From assembly GCA_034669905.1 (NCBI GenBank), contig JAXMOL010000062.1, forward strand, positions 1 to 42,638: a stretch of 42,638 nt of DNA. Reading direction: 5' to 3'. Under the pieces are notes generated by a model. The model was not told the DNA's origin, made no database searches, and saw only the letters and a program-made list of their open reading frames with translations. Position 1 is the first letter of the stretch, and each line of letters starts with the position of its first letter. Made by a program: the position numbers and the translations under genes. Shown here in pieces: positions 40,016 through 42,638 of the stretch. The DNA comes from Candidatus Hydrogenedentota bacterium. Its GTDB lineage: Bacteria; Hydrogenedentota; Hydrogenedentia; Hydrogenedentales; JAEUWI01.

Positions 40016-41367
40016 GTACAGCCCACGACAGCCTCGCCCGCCTGAAACGAGACATCATTGATGGCGGTCTCTGCACCCGCTGCGGCACTTGCGTGGGCAT
40101 CTGCCCGGCGGAAAAGCTGCACTTCACCGACCTGCTGAACCAGTGCCTCCCGGAAATTGACGAGACCCGCGACTGTGGCGACTGTGAAGGTACCTGCCTT
40201 GCCGCCTGTCCGGGGGCGGAAGTGGACTTCGCCGCCCTCAACCAACAGGTCATGAATGCCCTGCCGGAGAATATGCTGCTGGGTCATGCCACGTCGTGGC
40301 ACGTGAGTTGGGCCGCCGACGACGCCATCCGTGCGGCCGGTGCCAGTGGTGGCTCCATCACGGCCATGGCCCGGCACCTCCTGGAGAACAACATCGTCCA
40401 GGGCGTGGCCTGTCTCATCGATCACCCCGACGACCCACTCGTCCCCCGCGCCGTCATCGCGACAGACTGGGAAACGCTCCAGCAATCGCAACAGAGCAAG
40501 TATTCCCTCGCGCCACTGAACACGGTCCTTCGGGAAATCGCCGCCTTTGAGGGCCAGGTCGCCCTGGTGGCCCTGCCCGATCAGGTCCATGCCCTGCGCA
40601 AACTCGAAGCCTTGCAGCATCCGGTGATGGAGAAGATCTCTGTCATCCTCGGCTCTTATTGCGGGGCCATCCAACACTTCACCGCCATCTCGGCCTTTCT
40701 CCGTAAGCAGGGCCTCCCCGATCTCGACGCCGTGGCCCAGGTGGAATACCGCGCGGGCGCGTGGCCGGGCAAGCTGCGGGTGACCATGCGGGACGGCCAA
40801 ATCCTGGAGCTCGACAAGTTTTACGCCAACTACATGACCCTCTTTTATTCGGTGGAGCGCTCCATGCTCTGCGTCGACCTCTCCAACGAACTGGCCGACA
40901 TTTCCTTCGGGGACGCGTGGGCACCGCGCTATGAAGAGCGGCACGAAGGCTTCAGCCTCCTGGCCGTCCGCACGCCCCGGGGCGAAGCCATCTTTCAGGA
41001 ATGCACAGATGCGGGGGTGATACGTAACGAGGCCACCGATTTGGACGACGCGCTGTCGATGCATTCCCACGGTCTCTACAACAAAAAGTACGCCGTGTGG
41101 AGCCGCATGCGCCTCCGACGTTGGATGGGCAAGCCCGTGCCCGATTATGGCTACACCGCCCCCTGCACACCCCGTCAGCAGCTCGTGGGAATCTTCCTCG
41201 CCCTGATTTTTGTCGTGGGACGCAGCCGCCTGGCCCGGGCCATCGTCCAGCTCCTGCCCCTGGAACTCACGGGCCGCGCCTTTCTCTTCGTGCGCAAGCG
41301 TTGGCGCAACGCCACCCGGCCCAAGCGTAACGCCCAGGTGCAACACTACGACGTGCGCTGGAAGTAG
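40012..41367 (+). CDS. Coenzyme F420 hydrogenase/dehydrogenase beta-subunit-like (FrhB) protein with 4Fe-4S N-terminus
   Basis: LCTRCGTCVGICP, CGDCEGTCLAACP, GASGGSIT, QSKY, YRAGAWPG, ADISFGDAW. Confidence 0.88.
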   Translation: MSTAHDSLARLKRDIIDGGLCTRCGTCVGICPAEKLHFTDLLNQCLPEIDETRDCGDCEGTCLAACPGAEVDFAALNQQVMNALPENMLLGHATSWHVSWAADDAIRAAGASGGSITAMARHLLENNIVQGVACLIDHPDDPLVPRAVIATDWETLQQSQQSKYSLAPLNTVLREIAAFEGQVALVALPDQVHALRKLEALQHPVMEKISVILGSYCGAIQHFTAISAFLRKQGLPDLDAVAQVEYRAGAWPGKLRVTMRDGQILELDKFYANYMTLFYSVERSMLCVDLSNELADISFGDAWAPRYEERHEGFSLLAVRTPRGEAIFQECTDAGVIRNEATDLDDALSMHSHGLYNKKYAVWSRMRLRRWMGKPVPDYGYTAPCTPRQQLVGIFLALIFVVGRSRLARAIVQLLPLELTGRAFLFVRKRWRNATRPKRNAQVQHYDVRWK

Positions 41368-41376
41368 GGCCGGAGC

Positions 41377-42324
41377 ATGTCGACCCGCCAGACCTGGTTC
41401 CTCAAACTCACCTGCGGCATCGCGCTCCTTGGATTGCTCTTTTCCTGGATTGACCGCCAGGCCCTGGGCACCGTGCTGGGCGAGCTCAACGGGTGGGTTT
41501 TCCTCTCCCTCCCGATTTTCTACGTACACACCGCCGTCAAGGCCTTTCGGTGGCGCCTGTGGCTCCAAAGCCATGGTGTGGCCCTCCCCTTTTTACAGGC
41601 CAATCGCCTCTACCTCAGCGGCACTTTTCTCGGACTCATTTCTCCCGGACGCGTCGGCGAGGTCTACCGCGCCTGGGGCCTCCATCGGGAGCAAGGCGTC
41701 AACCTGGGTGTGGGCATTGCCTCCGTGCTAGTCGACCGCCTCGCCGATCTCTTCCTCTTGCTCAGCATGGGCTGCTTCGGATTCCTCTATCTCTTCCAAC
41801 AGGGCTACGGCCAACTCGCCACGGCCATGGCCTTACCCCCGTTCCTCTCCCCCTCCCGCGCCACCATCCGGCGTTTCGTCAAACGCCAGTTCACCCGCAT
41901 CATGGCCCGCATGCCCGCAAACGTGGCCCACGAACTACCCAACGCCTACCGCCATTTCCTCCAGAGCCTGCGCGGCATGTCCTCGGCACTCCTGGCGAAG
42001 ATACTGCTCCTCACCCTCCTCAGCATCCTCATCTATTGCGCCCACCTCTACTTTATCGCCTCCGTGCTCGGACTGCCCGTCACCTTCCTCGAACTCGTCG
42101 GCGTCTTGTGCGCCGCGACCTTCATCAACATGATCCCCATTTCCATCAACGGCATCGGCACCCGGGACGCCTTCCTTGTCGCCACCCTGCCCCTGCTGGG
42201 CGTGGGCCACGCCGAGGCCTTCGGATTCGCACTGGTCTTCCTGTTGCTCTTCCTCGCCAACACCCTCATGGCCTTCCCCTTCTGGCTCTACGGCCGCCGC
42301 GAAGCGGGGACTGCACCGACATAA
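41377..42324 (+). CDS. Lysylphosphatidylglycerol-synthase TM / flippase-like membrane protein
   Basis: KAFRW, SPGRVGEVYR, SVLVDRLADL, IPISINGIGTRD; multiple TM helices. Confidence 0.88.
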   Translation: MSTRQTWFLKLTCGIALLGLLFSWIDRQALGTVLGELNGWVFLSLPIFYVHTAVKAFRWRLWLQSHGVALPFLQANRLYLSGTFLGLISPGRVGEVYRAWGLHREQGVNLGVGIASVLVDRLADLFLLLSMGCFGFLYLFQQGYGQLATAMALPPFLSPSRATIRRFVKRQFTRIMARMPANVAHELPNAYRHFLQSLRGMSSALLAKILLLTLLSILIYCAHLYFIASVLGLPVTFLELVGVLCAATFINMIPISINGIGTRDAFLVATLPLLGVGHAEAFGFALVFLLLFLANTLMAFPFWLYGRREAGTAPT

Positions 42325-42636
42325 GGGACGCCCCCGGGTGCCACCCTCAAGCAGAGGAGCGAAGCGGGGGAAGCTTGTGGGTGAACGACGGCCCAAAACG
42401 GGGACTGCACCGACGCAGTAAACGTAACAAAGCGAATATCACGCCGTGGCAAAACAGGCCGCTCCAAAAAAGCAGGCCACACCCGGACGTCGGGGCTGTC
42501 CCCCTCTTCAAGGACTTAAACGCCCTACGGGCCCGTCGTCTATCGAGCTTCCATGCACACGAACCGGCAGGGCCGGATCGCGTGGCACGGATTGTTACTT
42601 TTCGGGGGCTGAGTTGACGCCGTCGGTGCAGTCCCC
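42306..42636. repeat. Cluster of four 15-bp GGGGACTGCACCGAC repeats (two direct, two inverted)
   Basis: Exact copies at 42306-42320 and 42400-42414; inverted copies at 42489-42503 (2 mismatches) and 42622-42636 (exact). Confidence 0.85.
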
Positions 42637-42638
42637 GG

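Noticed and set aside
42306..42636. Possible CRISPR array
   Set aside because: Repeats are only 15 bp, mixed in orientation, with long irregular spacers.

Overview
GC-rich bacterial chromosomal window. The gene content (PEP-CTERM proteins, an ECF sigma factor fused to a large extracellular region, sulfatase, FG-GAP protein) suggests a Hydrogenedentes/PVC-like organism; this is inference only. Left to right: a 3'-truncated DNRLRE-like/collagen-repeat surface protein missed by the ORF track, a PEP-CTERM protein, a pentapeptide lipoprotein, a GT2, a small PilC/GspF N-terminus-like ORF and a 1.3-kaa ECF sigma fusion. Next is an nrdAB operon whose R2 has class Ic (Mn/Fe, no radical Tyr) signatures, preceded by a cobalamin riboswitch, a sigma70 promoter and NrdR-like boxes. 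Then come ptsN-like, dapL-like (with an unexplained 97-nt rod-shaped leader RNA), amidase, metallophosphoesterase, a second PEP-CTERM gene, tRNA-Ser(CGA) and an FG-GAP protein. The right half has a TetR-Rnk fusion followed by a stand-alone rnk, a double-domain GDPD, arsR-arsC-acr3, a hybrid PAS kinase, a sulfatase and a five-gene glycan-modification cluster. Non-coding structure includes two copies of a MITE-like element sitting on stop codons, heptamer arrays around nrdB, and several REP-like palindromic clusters. No CRISPR array, prophage or transposase was seen. All calls are by-eye motif recognition; no searches were run.
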